Source of the DNA: Gammaproteobacteria bacterium
GTDB taxonomy: Bacteria > Pseudomonadota > Gammaproteobacteria > JBCCGL01
Assembly (NCBI GenBank): GCA_965277715.1
Contig: OZ255836.1
Span: 2,144,001-2,208,000, forward strand
DNA length: 64,000 nt
Reading direction: 5' to 3'
Positions 9,884 to 19,848 of this stretch are shown here, one piece after another. How positions within the stretch are numbered: position 1 is the first letter of the stretch; each line of letters opens with the position of its first letter. Both the position numbers and the translations under genes were made by a program. Under the pieces are notes generated by a model. That model did not search any database and was not told where the DNA came from. It saw only the letters and a list, made by a program, of their open reading frames with translations.

Positions 9884-10987
9884 ATGCAAGAAGATATGCA
9901 CTATTACGGTACTTACGCTTTGGCAAGAGCTGCGGGATTAGAAGTTCACAACGCAGAAGTAATTGCTTATGCCGCTCAATATGTTGATGACTCTACAGCT
10001 AATGACAGTGAAGTACATGAAGATGGAGGCATGTTTGAGACAACAGCAACTGCACACACAAACATTGAAGCAATTAAAAATGCGGCATCTGATCACATCG
10101 AACAACGCAAGGTATGGGTGCCATTTCACTTCTTTCCTGGTGGCGAAGGAAACACCCTTTCCGATAAGTTAAAGTGCCGTAAGGATAGTAATTTGGCGCG
10201 AGAAATGGTCAAAAACCATATTCGTCATTCTGTTTCGGTGAAAGATGAGTATAGTTTAGAACTAATGGGGATAATGGCTCATGTCTATGCAGATACTTTT
10301 TCTCATTATGGATTTTCTGGCGTGAGTTCAAGAGGAAATAAAGTAGATGGTAAATCTTTTAAATTCGATGTAGAAGATGAAAAGGTTAAAGCTTACATTA
10401 TGGGTAAGTATATAGGATTTTTATCAAAATATTCGCCAAAATTTTTCATTAATAATTTTAGAAATTTTGCAAGTAAAGGAGCAAGTTCTGCAACTGGTGC
10501 ATTAGGTCATGGTGCTGTAGGAACTTATCCTGATAGGCCATTTTTGAAATGGAAGTTCATTTATAAAAAAGATGGTAAAGATTCAGGATGGAGAAACAAT
10601 CATGAAACCTTCTTAGAGGGCTGTGAAAAAATTCATAAAGCATTTACCTGTTATGCAAAACAATCTGATAGGTTAGTTAATCCTGTTGAGTTTTCTTCAA
10701 TCAAAGATAAGGTAAGCAATATTTTAAGTTTAGAAGCTAATAAGGAAGGAAGGATTAACGCATGGAAGCAGGCTATCAATAGTGGTGATTTGTTTAAACC
10801 ATCTGATGACGAAGCCTTAGATTACTCTCCATATTTATGGGAGCAACAGAAAGAAGATTTTGAATATTGTGAAAATTCACATGACATGATAAATACAAAT
10901 GTTTATAAATTTCATCAGGCTGCTATTTATCATCGTAATTACACGCTAAAGCAATTGCTGCCAAAGTATAATATACTGGTTGTATGA
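9884..10987 (+). CDS. DUF6765-like hypothetical protein (AT-rich, intact)
   Basis: MQEDMHYYGTYALARAAG, AQYVDD, PFHFFPG and HVYADTFSH motifs; GAGG RBS upstream. Confidence 0.75.
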   Translation: MQEDMHYYGTYALARAAGLEVHNAEVIAYAAQYVDDSTANDSEVHEDGGMFETTATAHTNIEAIKNAASDHIEQRKVWVPFHFFPGGEGNTLSDKLKCRKDSNLAREMVKNHIRHSVSVKDEYSLELMGIMAHVYADTFSHYGFSGVSSRGNKVDGKSFKFDVEDEKVKAYIMGKYIGFLSKYSPKFFINNFRNFASKGASSATGALGHGAVGTYPDRPFLKWKFIYKKDGKDSGWRNNHETFLEGCEKIHKAFTCYAKQSDRLVNPVEFSSIKDKVSNILSLEANKEGRINAWKQAINSGDLFKPSDDEALDYSPYLWEQQKEDFEYCENSHDMINTNVYKFHQAAIYHRNYTLKQLLPKYNILVV

Positions 10988-11044
10988 AACCACTGACTGG
11001 GTAACTGAGGGTCATCTAGCCCTCAGCGCCTACAATACCATGTA

Positions 11045-11175
11045 GGCGATTACCGATAAGTTAGTAGCTGGATTGGCACCGTATAGAACCAGCCATATCA
11101 ATAGATTGGGGGACTATTTCCTCAATTTGGAACAGGCTATAGCACCTATGAGTTTTCAGAGTGATTTTATAAGCT
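11045..11175 (+). pseudogene. Tn3-family transposase C-terminal tail
   Basis: LVAGLAPYRTSHINRLGDYFLNLE matches the LSP..HIN..G.Y tail of Tn3 TnpA. Confidence 0.65.
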
Positions 11176-12309
11176 GGTTCTTCCCCGATTATTGTGAAGC
11201 CACTGGTTCCATATCCAGCTTTCCGCAATAAAACAAAATACTCCGCCGGTAACTTTCAAACGAACGAAATCCTCTTGCATTCGATTTGACTGTCTGAATT
11301 TTTGAATTCAAACCCTCTGACACGGCATTACTTATTGTGTGCTTAAACCATGTCAATATGTTCGGCATGTGCGTTTTTATCATCTTGGCCACTTTCTTTA
11401 TGCTGTCCAATCGGCACCGAATTGCCCATGAATACCACTCGTCAAAGAAACGCTTTGCCCAACCCGCTGTCTTATACGTCCAAAATCACGAAACAGTTCT
11501 TTTATCGCCCAGGCTCGGGCTGTCAATAACTGATCATGCTTGAGTGATTCAAAGTGCTCGGCTGCTTTGTCAGACAAATTTTCTTCGTTTTTTAACCAGT
11601 GATAACGACTCTTTTTCAACCGGGTATCGCCCTGTGACAAAAGGTCTCTATGTTCATCACGACGGACCTGATCCACCGCCTTATTCAGGTGTTGGCTAAT
11701 ATGAAAACGGTCGTGAACAATCGCACTGTCTGACAGTTTTACCTCAACGGCATTAATGAACGCAGGCCACCTATCAATTGTCACCAATTCCCGACGCGAA
11801 AGTCCCCGTTCGACAGCGCGGGCTTTGATAGTTTCCACCGCGTTCCAGCTAAGCCCCAGTAACTTACGCGCCTCTTCGACGCTACGTGAGGCTTGCAACA
11901 CCCTGATAGAAAATAATTCAAACAACAACGTAAAACGACTGCGCTTGCTTGCCCAGGGTAACGCCATACTTTTAACACCATGCTCCAGACAATTTACTCG
12001 GGGAATGCGACTGTGTAGGCGCGTTTCAAACTGCATAGTATCCAAGTGTCTCCAGGATCGCTCTTGTGAACGGTGATCATAGAACGGACTCACTTCGCCA
12101 CAGTGCGAGCAAGGGCCGTGGTTGCCGCTAAACGCCAACGAAATGGATACTTTTAACCCTGAAGGGTCTAAATCAACTGACACCACTGACCAGTCATCTA
12201 TCAGGCCCAGGAGCTGGCTGTAGTGTTCTTCAAGGCTCGATAGCACCGGAGTCTCTCAATAGCAAAAGGGGATGAAATACTATAGCCTCACACAAACCGG
12301 GGAAGAATC
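11176..12309 (-). mobile_element. ISL3-family element, degenerate (internal deletion and frameshift)
   Basis: Inverted ends GGTTCTTCCCCG / CGGGGAAGAATC. Transposase pieces at 11398-12246 (zinc finger, DRFH) and 11189-11410 (SNAVSEGLNSKIQ). Confidence 0.9.
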
Positions 12310-12317
12310 TGTTAAAT

Positions 12318-12527
12318 AATGCGCTATGTGTGAATAACACACTCAAGCCAACTCAGCTATAAGGTAAATCGATACATTTGCAAACCCCGGAAGTTATTTC
12401 GTGCACGTTCCTGATATGTATTAACTTGCAACTAATTGTTCCAGAGCGCTTTTTTCTGGAACAATTATTGGCTAATACGTCAGACATCATGTATTGACTT
12501 ATGGGCAAGTTAATACATGGGGTCTAA
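12318..12527 (-). repeat. About 210-bp hairpin-rich inverted repeat, right copy
   Basis: Inverse of 9027-9236; its outer end contains the TAG stop of the adjacent isomerase gene. Confidence 0.95.
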
Positions 12528-13282
12528 GTAGTTCCAGCGCATATACCACGAGCAAACAACCGACCACAACACACCTCACTTGGCGATACCGCTGTATGCG
12601 CAAGCGCCGCAAATAAAATCGCCTGATTCGATGTTACCACCGGCTTGCCCAGCTCGGCTTCGAGTGTTTCAACCACTTCTGCAGCGCGCATATCGGTACA
12701 CGACAACACGACCGCCTGTGCCTGTTCACTGTCGGCCTGGCGGGCGAGTTCACACACCGCCTGCGGTGTCAGCTCGCCCTGCCCATAATTCCCGAGTGCA
12801 CCACTCACTTCACTCTGCGACACTGTTTGAAATCCGAACTGCGCTAAAAAATCGATGGCGGCGGAATTGATTGCCGCGACATACGGGGAAGTGAAGGCGA
12901 TGCGCTCAACACCGAGGGTTTGCAGTGCCTGCACCAATGCACCGGCGGCGGTTACCATGGGTATATGCCACTGGGTTTGCGCTTTGTGTGTCAGCGCCCG
13001 GTCAAACGCCGGGCCGTGTGTCAGCGTCGCCGAGGTGCAGCCGTATATCAACACATCGGGCCGGGCGCCCGCCAGTAAACGCAGGCTTTCATCCATATCG
13101 CTCTCGCCCAGCCCGGCCATTTGCACTTCATCGGGCACCTCATCGAGATCGTACCCACCCAGCCGGGTGGCGTGCAGGCTGACCCCCGGCGGGCATAGCA
13201 TCACCATGTCAGCTTCAAGGTTGGTGTTGCTAAAGGGGACTAACAGGCCGAGCCGCGCCCGGCCTCGTGTTGGTTTTATCAT
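12524..13282 (-). CDS. Maleate cis-trans isomerase / Asp-Glu racemase family protein
   Basis: GLLVPFSN, YGCTS, LSCTD and PVVTSNQA motifs. Confidence 0.88.
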   Translation of the reverse strand: MIKPTRGRARLGLLVPFSNTNLEADMVMLCPPGVSLHATRLGGYDLDEVPDEVQMAGLGESDMDESLRLLAGARPDVLIYGCTSATLTHGPAFDRALTHKAQTQWHIPMVTAAGALVQALQTLGVERIAFTSPYVAAINSAAIDFLAQFGFQTVSQSEVSGALGNYGQGELTPQAVCELARQADSEQAQAVVLSCTDMRAAEVVETLEAELGKPVVTSNQAILFAALAHTAVSPSEVCCGRLFARGICAGTT

Positions 13283-13292
13283 AGTGTGTTTA

Positions 13293-14360
13293 TCAAGCAG
13301 AGAGTGCCGCCAGGGTATCCGTCATTTGCCGCTCGGTGCCGATGGTGATGCGCAGACAATCCGCCAGACCATACCCCCTCATGCCGCGCACGATAATGCC
13401 CTGCGTGCGCAAATGCGCGAATGCCGCCTCAGCCGCTTTGGGCGAGGCAAACCGGATCAGTACAAAGTTGGTGTGACTGACCGGCACTTCAAGCGATAGG
13501 CGACGTACACCGGCCGCAAACGCATCGCGCCGCTGCCCGATCACCTCGCGTGCTGTCTGCATTGTCGCCTGATCACGCATCGCCACCACGGCAGCCGCTT
13601 GCGAGGGCGCGGAGATGTTATTGGGGTTGATGACTTTGCGCAGCGTGTCACGGATTGCCACCGGGAAGTAACCCCACCCTACCCGCAACCCCGCCAGGCC
13701 ATAAATTTTTGAGAAAGTGCGCAATACAACAGTATCGCCACGCGCCACTAAATCAAACAGCGGGGGATTGTCCAGCGGGTCGGTAAACTCTGCATAGGCT
13801 TCATCCACCACCAGTAATATGTGATCCGGTAGCGCCTTGCGCAGGCGTCGAATTTCTGTATTGGCGAGCAATGTGCCCGTGGGGTTACCTGGGTTAACGA
13901 GAAACAGTAACTTTGTTTCAGCGCGCACCGACGCCAACACTGAATCGATATCCACGCAAAAATCCTTTTCTGCGGCAACATCCAGGCTTGCACCGACCAT
14001 CTGTGTTGCCGTGCGCACAAAAAGGTAGCCGTATTCTGTCACCAGTACCCGCTCACCCGGCGCCAGATACGCTTGCGCCAATGCCGCTATCAGCGCCATT
14101 GAACCAGCACCGCAGAGAATGCCGTCGGCCTCGATGGCGTGCACGGCGGCGATGGTTTGGCGCAGTTCAGTCCAGTCCGGGTCTGGGTATAGGTGTGCGT
14201 TGGCGGTGGCCGAGCGGGCAGCCTCTATAACCGCGCTACCGGGCGGAAAAACGTGTTCGTTTTGTGCCAGCGAGGTGAGTGGCACACCGTCGGGGGTTTC
14301 CAGGTTGGCCAGCGTATAGGGTGCCAGTGCAGCGATGGCGGGGTTGGGTTTAAAGTCCAT
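13293..14360 (-). CDS. Histidinol-phosphate aminotransferase-like PLP enzyme (class II)
   Basis: NPGNPTG, DEAYAEF and RTFSKIYGLAGLRVG motifs. Confidence 0.88.
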   Translation of the reverse strand: MDFKPNPAIAALAPYTLANLETPDGVPLTSLAQNEHVFPPGSAVIEAARSATANAHLYPDPDWTELRQTIAAVHAIEADGILCGAGSMALIAALAQAYLAPGERVLVTEYGYLFVRTATQMVGASLDVAAEKDFCVDIDSVLASVRAETKLLFLVNPGNPTGTLLANTEIRRLRKALPDHILLVVDEAYAEFTDPLDNPPLFDLVARGDTVVLRTFSKIYGLAGLRVGWGYFPVAIRDTLRKVINPNNISAPSQAAAVVAMRDQATMQTAREVIGQRRDAFAAGVRRLSLEVPVSHTNFVLIRFASPKAAEAAFAHLRTQGIIVRGMRGYGLADCLRITIGTERQMTDTLAALSA

Positions 14361-16123
14361 CAGCGCATTGCCTGCAAGGATTGGCGGTGCAATTGTGTTG
14401 CGGCAAAGTCAACCTTGCCATCGGCTGTTAATACAATGCCGTAATCATCGACCGCCCGTTCAGCACTGATCAGGCCATCACGCAGATCGTCGGCGACACA
14501 CTGTACATCGCGCTGTAGAGGGTCACCAAAACCCGCACCGCCCGGTGTCAATACTGTCAGCCGTTCACCGGCTGGGATAATTTGCTCGCCCTTTGCCCGC
14601 AGCTTAGCCCCTGAGGTCAGGGTTAGTGAGCCGGTTGCGCCGTCGCACCCGCCCTCGCGACCACGCGCCGGGTGGTGGATACGGTCGAGCGAGGCAAATA
14701 GTGAAACAGGTGCCGATTCGCTGCTGGATAGTTCCAGCACCTGCCCCAAACCACCGCGCTGCCTGCCCGCACCGGCGGAGTCTTCACGGTATTCACGCCG
14801 CCAGATAATCAGGGGGGAAACGCTCTCGGTAATTTCCACCAGCGATCCCATTACGCCGCTGGGGTAGGCTGTGGCAGACAGGCCGTCTTTATTCGGGCGC
14901 GCACCGGTACCGCCGTTGTGTACCAGTTCGGTCGCGAATTGTGTGCCGCTCTTGTCGCTACTTTGGCCGCCACTCAGACCGGTATCCAGGGAATACCCCC
15001 CACGCAACGGTAAATCCCATAGGCAGCAGGTGCCTTCGGCGGGTATTTTTCCGGGAATAGCCTGGTGTAAACAACCAAATACCACGTCGGGCAGCAACTG
15101 CCCGACCACATGGCGCATCGCGACCGGCACAGGGTATTTGGCATTGAGGATGCTGTTTTCAGGGGCGCTAACACGCAACGGTTGCAGGGCGCCGTGATTA
15201 TTTGGCACATCGGGGGCCAGCGCGCATTTCAATGCGAAGCAGGTGTAGGCACTGGCGTAGTTCAGCGGGCAGTTGATGCCGTAGCGGGACAGGCCGGAGG
15301 TGCCGGTAAAATCGACGCCAACATGGTCATCGGCAATGGTGAGTGTAGCCACCAGGTCGAGCGGCTGATCGTAGCCATCGACCCGCATACTGTTGCGATA
15401 CGCCCCATTGGGCAATGCGCGGATCTTTTCCTCTGTGCTGCGCTGTGAGGTGTCGATAATGTAGTCGGCAATCGCCTGAATATTGTCGAGGTCAAAATCG
15501 GCCATGCACTCAGACAGGCGCACACTGCCGCATTCGGCGCAGGCGATCAGTGCGTAAATATCCCCCTCGACTTCGATGGGCACCCGCGAATTGGCTTTTA
15601 AGATTGCCATAAATGTCTGGTCCAGGCTGCCCGCGTCGATCAGCTTGATGATCGGTACATACAGCCCTTCGTCGAGCACATCGGTGCCATCCGGCCCAAA
15701 ACCCAGGCCGCCAATATCGGCGAGGTGGCTGGTGCAGGAAGTGAAGCCCACCAGTTGCTGATGATGAAAGCATGGCCGCACCAGCATAAAGTCATTCAGG
15801 TGCCCGGCGGCTTTCCAGGGGTCATTGGTGAGATAGATATCCTCCGGGTGCATGGCCTCCAGCGGGTAGTGGTCAAGAAAGTGCGCAACCGATTCGGCCA
15901 TGGTGTTGACATGCCCCGGTGTGCCGGTCACCGCCTGCGCGATCATCCTACCGTTAATATCAAAGATACCCGCCGATAAGTCACCGGATTCACGCACAAT
16001 CGGGTTAAACGCGGTGCGCATCAGCGTTTGCGCCTGCTCTTCAACAATAGCCAGCAGGCGATTCCAGAGAATCTGGCTGTCGATTGCGGACATGGGGGTG
16101 TGAGCTAAGCTGTGTTCAGTCAT
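14360..16123 (-). CDS. Hydantoinase B / oxoprolinase family protein
   Basis: IVRESGDLS, NDPW...HLND, HLADIGG and TPGGAGFGDP motifs. Start set at ATG 16123, overlapping the stop of the A subunit. Confidence 0.92.
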   Translation of the reverse strand: MTEHSLAHTPMSAIDSQILWNRLLAIVEEQAQTLMRTAFNPIVRESGDLSAGIFDINGRMIAQAVTGTPGHVNTMAESVAHFLDHYPLEAMHPEDIYLTNDPWKAAGHLNDFMLVRPCFHHQQLVGFTSCTSHLADIGGLGFGPDGTDVLDEGLYVPIIKLIDAGSLDQTFMAILKANSRVPIEVEGDIYALIACAECGSVRLSECMADFDLDNIQAIADYIIDTSQRSTEEKIRALPNGAYRNSMRVDGYDQPLDLVATLTIADDHVGVDFTGTSGLSRYGINCPLNYASAYTCFALKCALAPDVPNNHGALQPLRVSAPENSILNAKYPVPVAMRHVVGQLLPDVVFGCLHQAIPGKIPAEGTCCLWDLPLRGGYSLDTGLSGGQSSDKSGTQFATELVHNGGTGARPNKDGLSATAYPSGVMGSLVEITESVSPLIIWRREYREDSAGAGRQRGGLGQVLELSSSESAPVSLFASLDRIHHPARGREGGCDGATGSLTLTSGAKLRAKGEQIIPAGERLTVLTPGGAGFGDPLQRDVQCVADDLRDGLISAERAVDDYGIVLTADGKVDFAATQLHRQSLQAMR

Positions 16124-18221
16124 TATCGTACCTGTCGAGTTTCGACACCCTATCAAGAACGAGGTTGAAGTGGGCATCGATATGCGCCCGGTAATCCGCC
16201 GTAACGAACGTGGTGGTTTGCGCCTCAGCCACCAGCGCCGGGCCGTCAAAGCTGGCACCGGGGGATAAATCCTGTCGCCAGTAAACCGGGATTGACTCGT
16301 GGGACTTATTGTCCGGTCGGAAAATGGTGCGCCGCACGTGAGTCTCAGCCTGGTATGTTGGCGGTGCGACCGACTGCCCTGCCTGCAGTGTATCGCCACT
16401 GGAAACCACCAGTGACCAGGAGAGAATTTCAATATCGCGCTGTGGAATGGTGCGCCCGTACAGACGGCTGTAGTGCGTTTCATAACGGGATTGAATCAAC
16501 GCGCTGTCCTCAGCGGTTAAGGCGCGGCTGGGGAGCGGCACTTCGATTTCGTGACCCTGGCCGATATAGCGCATGTAGGCCGTGCGCGTTTCCACTAACT
16601 GTGCCTGCAGGGCACCGCTGCGCACAATGCCAAACGCCTCGTCGGCGAGCTGCGTCAAGAGCCGGTTGGCCTCATCGGCGTCAAAGCTGCCGAGCGTCAT
16701 GTACCGACTGCGTACCACCTCGTAGGCCATCGGCGCCCACAAAAACCCTACCGCCGAGCCGACCCCGGAATTATCCGGCACAATCACCCGGCGGATATTC
16801 AGCTTGTCTGCCAGGCGCGCCGCGTGCAACGGCCCGGCACCGCCGAAGGCAATCATCGTGCACCGGGTTAAATCACTGCCGTGCTCAACGCTGTGAATGC
16901 GCGCTGCGTTGGCCATATTCTCCTCGACCATCTCACTGATACCCAGTGCCGCTTGGTGCGCTGGTATCTTCAGTGGTGTGGCAATATCGGTACTGATACT
17001 CGCACCAGCGGCGGCGTCACTGAGTGGCATACGGCCCTCGGCAAAGCTGCCCGGGTCAATTTTGCCCAGCAGTACATCGGCATCGGTTACCGTGGCGCGC
17101 CCGCCACCGCGTTGATAACACGCTGGCCCCGGCGCAGCACCCGCGCTCTCCGGGCCAATCGCCAGGCGGCCCAGGCTGTCGATATGGGCAATGGAACCAC
17201 CGCCTGCGCCAATTTCAATCATCTCCACCACCGGGATACGCACCGGCATACCGCTACCCTTTTGGAAACGCGCTGCACGGGCAATTTCAAAATTGCGCGC
17301 CGTCTGGGGTTGATAGTCATCGATCAGGCAGATTTTGGCGGTAGTGCCCCCCATATCAAAGGACAACACCTGGCGCTCCTGCGCTTTGGCAGCGATACCA
17401 CTGGCCAGCACAGCGCCCCCACTAGGGCCGGATTCGACCAGGCGGATAGGTGTGCGAACCGCCGCGTCCAGGGTCGTCATGCCACCCCCGGAGGTCATCA
17501 AAAACAACGGGCAATTAAATCCATTGTCTACCAGTGCCGCCTGCAATGCCTTTAAGTAACGCGCCATTATCGGCTGCACATAGGCGTTGCAGGCCGTGGT
17601 CATCAATCGCTCATACTCGCGCACCTCGGGGCACACCTCAGATGACAGGCTGATTTCAGCCTGGCAGCCCTGCTCAATTAACAGCGTGCGGATGCGCTGT
17701 TCATGCGCTGGGTTGGCGTAGCTGTGCAGTAAGCCAATGGCGAGTGCGTCGATATGGTTATCCTGTAACACCGGAACAAGCGCTTTAACCGCCTCGCAGT
17801 CGAGTTCACACAGCACATTGCCGCGCACATCCATCCGCTCGGGCACGGTGAAACGCAGGTGGCGCGGTATCAGTGGTTGCGGTTTTTCAATCATCAAATC
17901 GTACTGATCGAAACGGTTTTCGTAGGCGATTTCCAGGCTATCGCGAAAACCCTCCGTGGTAATCAGGGCTGTCTTTGCCCCCTTGCGTTCAATCAGTGCA
18001 TTGGTGGCCAACGTCGTGCCGTGGATAAAAGTATCGACCTCAGCGGCAGGTAATGCGGCTTTTTGCAACACTGCGCGCACCCCCGCGAGAATGCCCTGCT
18101 CCGGGAATTGCGTATTCGTGGCAACTTTAGCCGTGGTAAAGCCCTCCCCGGTTTCCAAAACGACATCGGTAAACGTGCCGCCAACATCAGTAGCCAGGCG
18201 GATGGGGGATTTATTTGGCAT
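16116..18221 (-). CDS. Hydantoinase A / oxoprolinase family protein
   Basis: DVGGTFTD, HGTTLATNAL, DMGGTT, GAGGGSIA and FGGAGPLH motifs. Confidence 0.95.
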   Translation of the reverse strand: MPNKSPIRLATDVGGTFTDVVLETGEGFTTAKVATNTQFPEQGILAGVRAVLQKAALPAAEVDTFIHGTTLATNALIERKGAKTALITTEGFRDSLEIAYENRFDQYDLMIEKPQPLIPRHLRFTVPERMDVRGNVLCELDCEAVKALVPVLQDNHIDALAIGLLHSYANPAHEQRIRTLLIEQGCQAEISLSSEVCPEVREYERLMTTACNAYVQPIMARYLKALQAALVDNGFNCPLFLMTSGGGMTTLDAAVRTPIRLVESGPSGGAVLASGIAAKAQERQVLSFDMGGTTAKICLIDDYQPQTARNFEIARAARFQKGSGMPVRIPVVEMIEIGAGGGSIAHIDSLGRLAIGPESAGAAPGPACYQRGGGRATVTDADVLLGKIDPGSFAEGRMPLSDAAAGASISTDIATPLKIPAHQAALGISEMVEENMANAARIHSVEHGSDLTRCTMIAFGGAGPLHAARLADKLNIRRVIVPDNSGVGSAVGFLWAPMAYEVVRSRYMTLGSFDADEANRLLTQLADEAFGIVRSGALQAQLVETRTAYMRYIGQGHEIEVPLPSRALTAEDSALIQSRYETHYSRLYGRTIPQRDIEILSWSLVVSSGDTLQAGQSVAPPTYQAETHVRRTIFRPDNKSHESIPVYWRQDLSPGASFDGPALVAEAQTTTFVTADYRAHIDAHFNLVLDRVSKLDRYDND

Positions 18222-18689
18222 TGGCAGAACCGAACAGTGGATTGCTCACAGTATTGTATTGAATGGGGTTTAGAGTATGCCCGGACAACGAACCGACTTA
18301 TCGCGTTTTCGCACATATAACGACAACATTCACACCCGAAGGGATGAGGAGGTGCCTGGGGAAGTAACCCCGGTAGCCTAAAATCCCTACATCTCTCCAT
18401 CAACAACCACAAACCCCGACCGTACCTCATCAGGGTAACTGCGTACCCGGTGCGACGCTCTTTTTGTCTGCTACTGTGCAGCGCGTCCGGCTTTACAACA
18501 ACTTTCTATAATCCTCCCCTGTTGTTAACGCCCCACACCCCCTAATATCGACCCTTCTCCTTGACCACCACCACCGGCAGAGGGTGCGTTGGCTATTATC
18601 CTGTCTGCCATACGCGAGAACGGTAAGCTTTGCAGCCATACGGTTAATGCGTGTGCCTAATGCGGCGCATAAAAAAGCATCTTTTTGAC

Positions 18690-18816
18690 GGGTGACTTGA
18701 TAAGCGTGAAAAGGCCCTGCGGCTTCGGTCAATGTGGCCAGAAACGCTTGGTTGTAAACCTCGCTATGAAAAATCGTCTTACGCTCCCGACCACGGTTCA
18801 TTATTTTGTTGGTCAC
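18690..18816 (-). pseudogene. RAYT/Y1 transposase N-terminal fragment
   Basis: IMNRGRERKTIFHSEVYNQAFLATL...HAY resembles Y1 transposase N-termini; the sequence degenerates afterwards. Confidence 0.55.
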
Positions 18817-19769
18817 TCTGTATATGGCAACCTGTCAGCCCGCAAGTCAGCAAAAATACCCCGATGGGTTTTCAAGTAACTATTTTCAAGGTGTTCAATT
18901 TTTCCGGCCATTTTTTTATGTAATTTCACCACGGCATGAAACGGGGTATTGGGTGAGAGATGGTGCTCTGCATGGTAGCAGGCATACCAGCCAAGGTACT
19001 TTAACGGTGCCCAGGCAATGACACTGCGGGTGTTGCGAAACAAATTCGGCACCAGCGGGCAACCCTGGTGTTCAGTCAACCGTATCATGCGCATAAACGG
19101 CTCGCCTACCACACGCGGTAATAGCCAGTAAACAGCCAGAAACCACGATTGATATACGCAGGATACAACAATCAATGCAATGTAAATTGCCACAATAACC
19201 CGCGCTTCAAAGACTACCTGGGCGCGTTTGTGTGCCGGGATAAACGCTTTCTCGAATACGCTGATACACCCAAAAAAATGGCTGAACAAACCGTTTAGCT
19301 GATAAAAGAAATACGGTAGCGCGGTCAGATAAAACAGGTAACCCCAGCGATTGTCTGCCTGGGGTATCCGCTCTGGATCGACGTCCGGTTGCTGGGTATA
19401 GCGGTGGTGTTGCATATGCTCGCAATAAAAATGCGTCGGCTCCAAAAGTGAAATCAATGCGCTAAACCAGTAGACTGTTGAGTTTATCCACGCCGTTTTA
19501 AACGGTGTTTTATGTGCACACTCGTGAAACGGCTGAAACCAGTAAACGATAATAACCCCGTGCAGAAAGCAAAATAACACCGCCCAGATTGATCCCATCG
19601 ACAGAGAGAAGAGATACCCGGACACGAGCATTGCGCTCAGGTGTCCCAAAAAAAAGACGATTCCCGGCGCATCGCTACGCTGGTTGATTGCTTTAATTTC
19701 CTCAGAGGATAATAGTGCACGAACACCTGTTTGCTCCCAGACAGGCATATCGGTGTTTTTGTTTGTCAT
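18813..19769 (-). CDS. Membrane fatty-acid desaturase / hydrocarbon oxygenase family (MocD-like)
   Basis: His boxes HECAH, HMQHH and HAEHH. Confidence 0.88.
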   Translation of the reverse strand: MTNKNTDMPVWEQTGVRALLSSEEIKAINQRSDAPGIVFFLGHLSAMLVSGYLFSLSMGSIWAVLFCFLHGVIIVYWFQPFHECAHKTPFKTAWINSTVYWFSALISLLEPTHFYCEHMQHHRYTQQPDVDPERIPQADNRWGYLFYLTALPYFFYQLNGLFSHFFGCISVFEKAFIPAHKRAQVVFEARVIVAIYIALIVVSCVYQSWFLAVYWLLPRVVGEPFMRMIRLTEHQGCPLVPNLFRNTRSVIAWAPLKYLGWYACYHAEHHLSPNTPFHAVVKLHKKMAGKIEHLENSYLKTHRGIFADLRADRLPYTE

Positions 19770-19848
19770 AATAAAATATCCTGGCCTGAGTGATAGCCTG
19801 AGTGATGGCCTGCGTATCTATTCCAAACCCAATATCAGAGGCTGAGAT

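Noticed and set aside
9027-12527. Tn3-type terminal inverted repeats
   Set aside because: The GGGG faces outward rather than starting the element, and the repeats are far longer than 38 bp.
14360-16483. N-terminal extensions of ORF-track calls (hydantoinase B, aspC, ilvA, SNase, hemW, rbgA) and many antisense ORFs
   Set aside because: They overlap neighbouring genes or lack family similarity, so they were treated as shadow frames and the starts were trimmed.
18240-18490. Possible structured RNA or riboswitch upstream of the hydantoinase operon
   Set aside because: Only short hairpins, and no family consensus recognised.
19784-19812. Short tandem duplications (also about 52551-52580 and 56267-56288)
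   Set aside because: Two to three copies of 11-16 bp, consistent with ordinary slippage.
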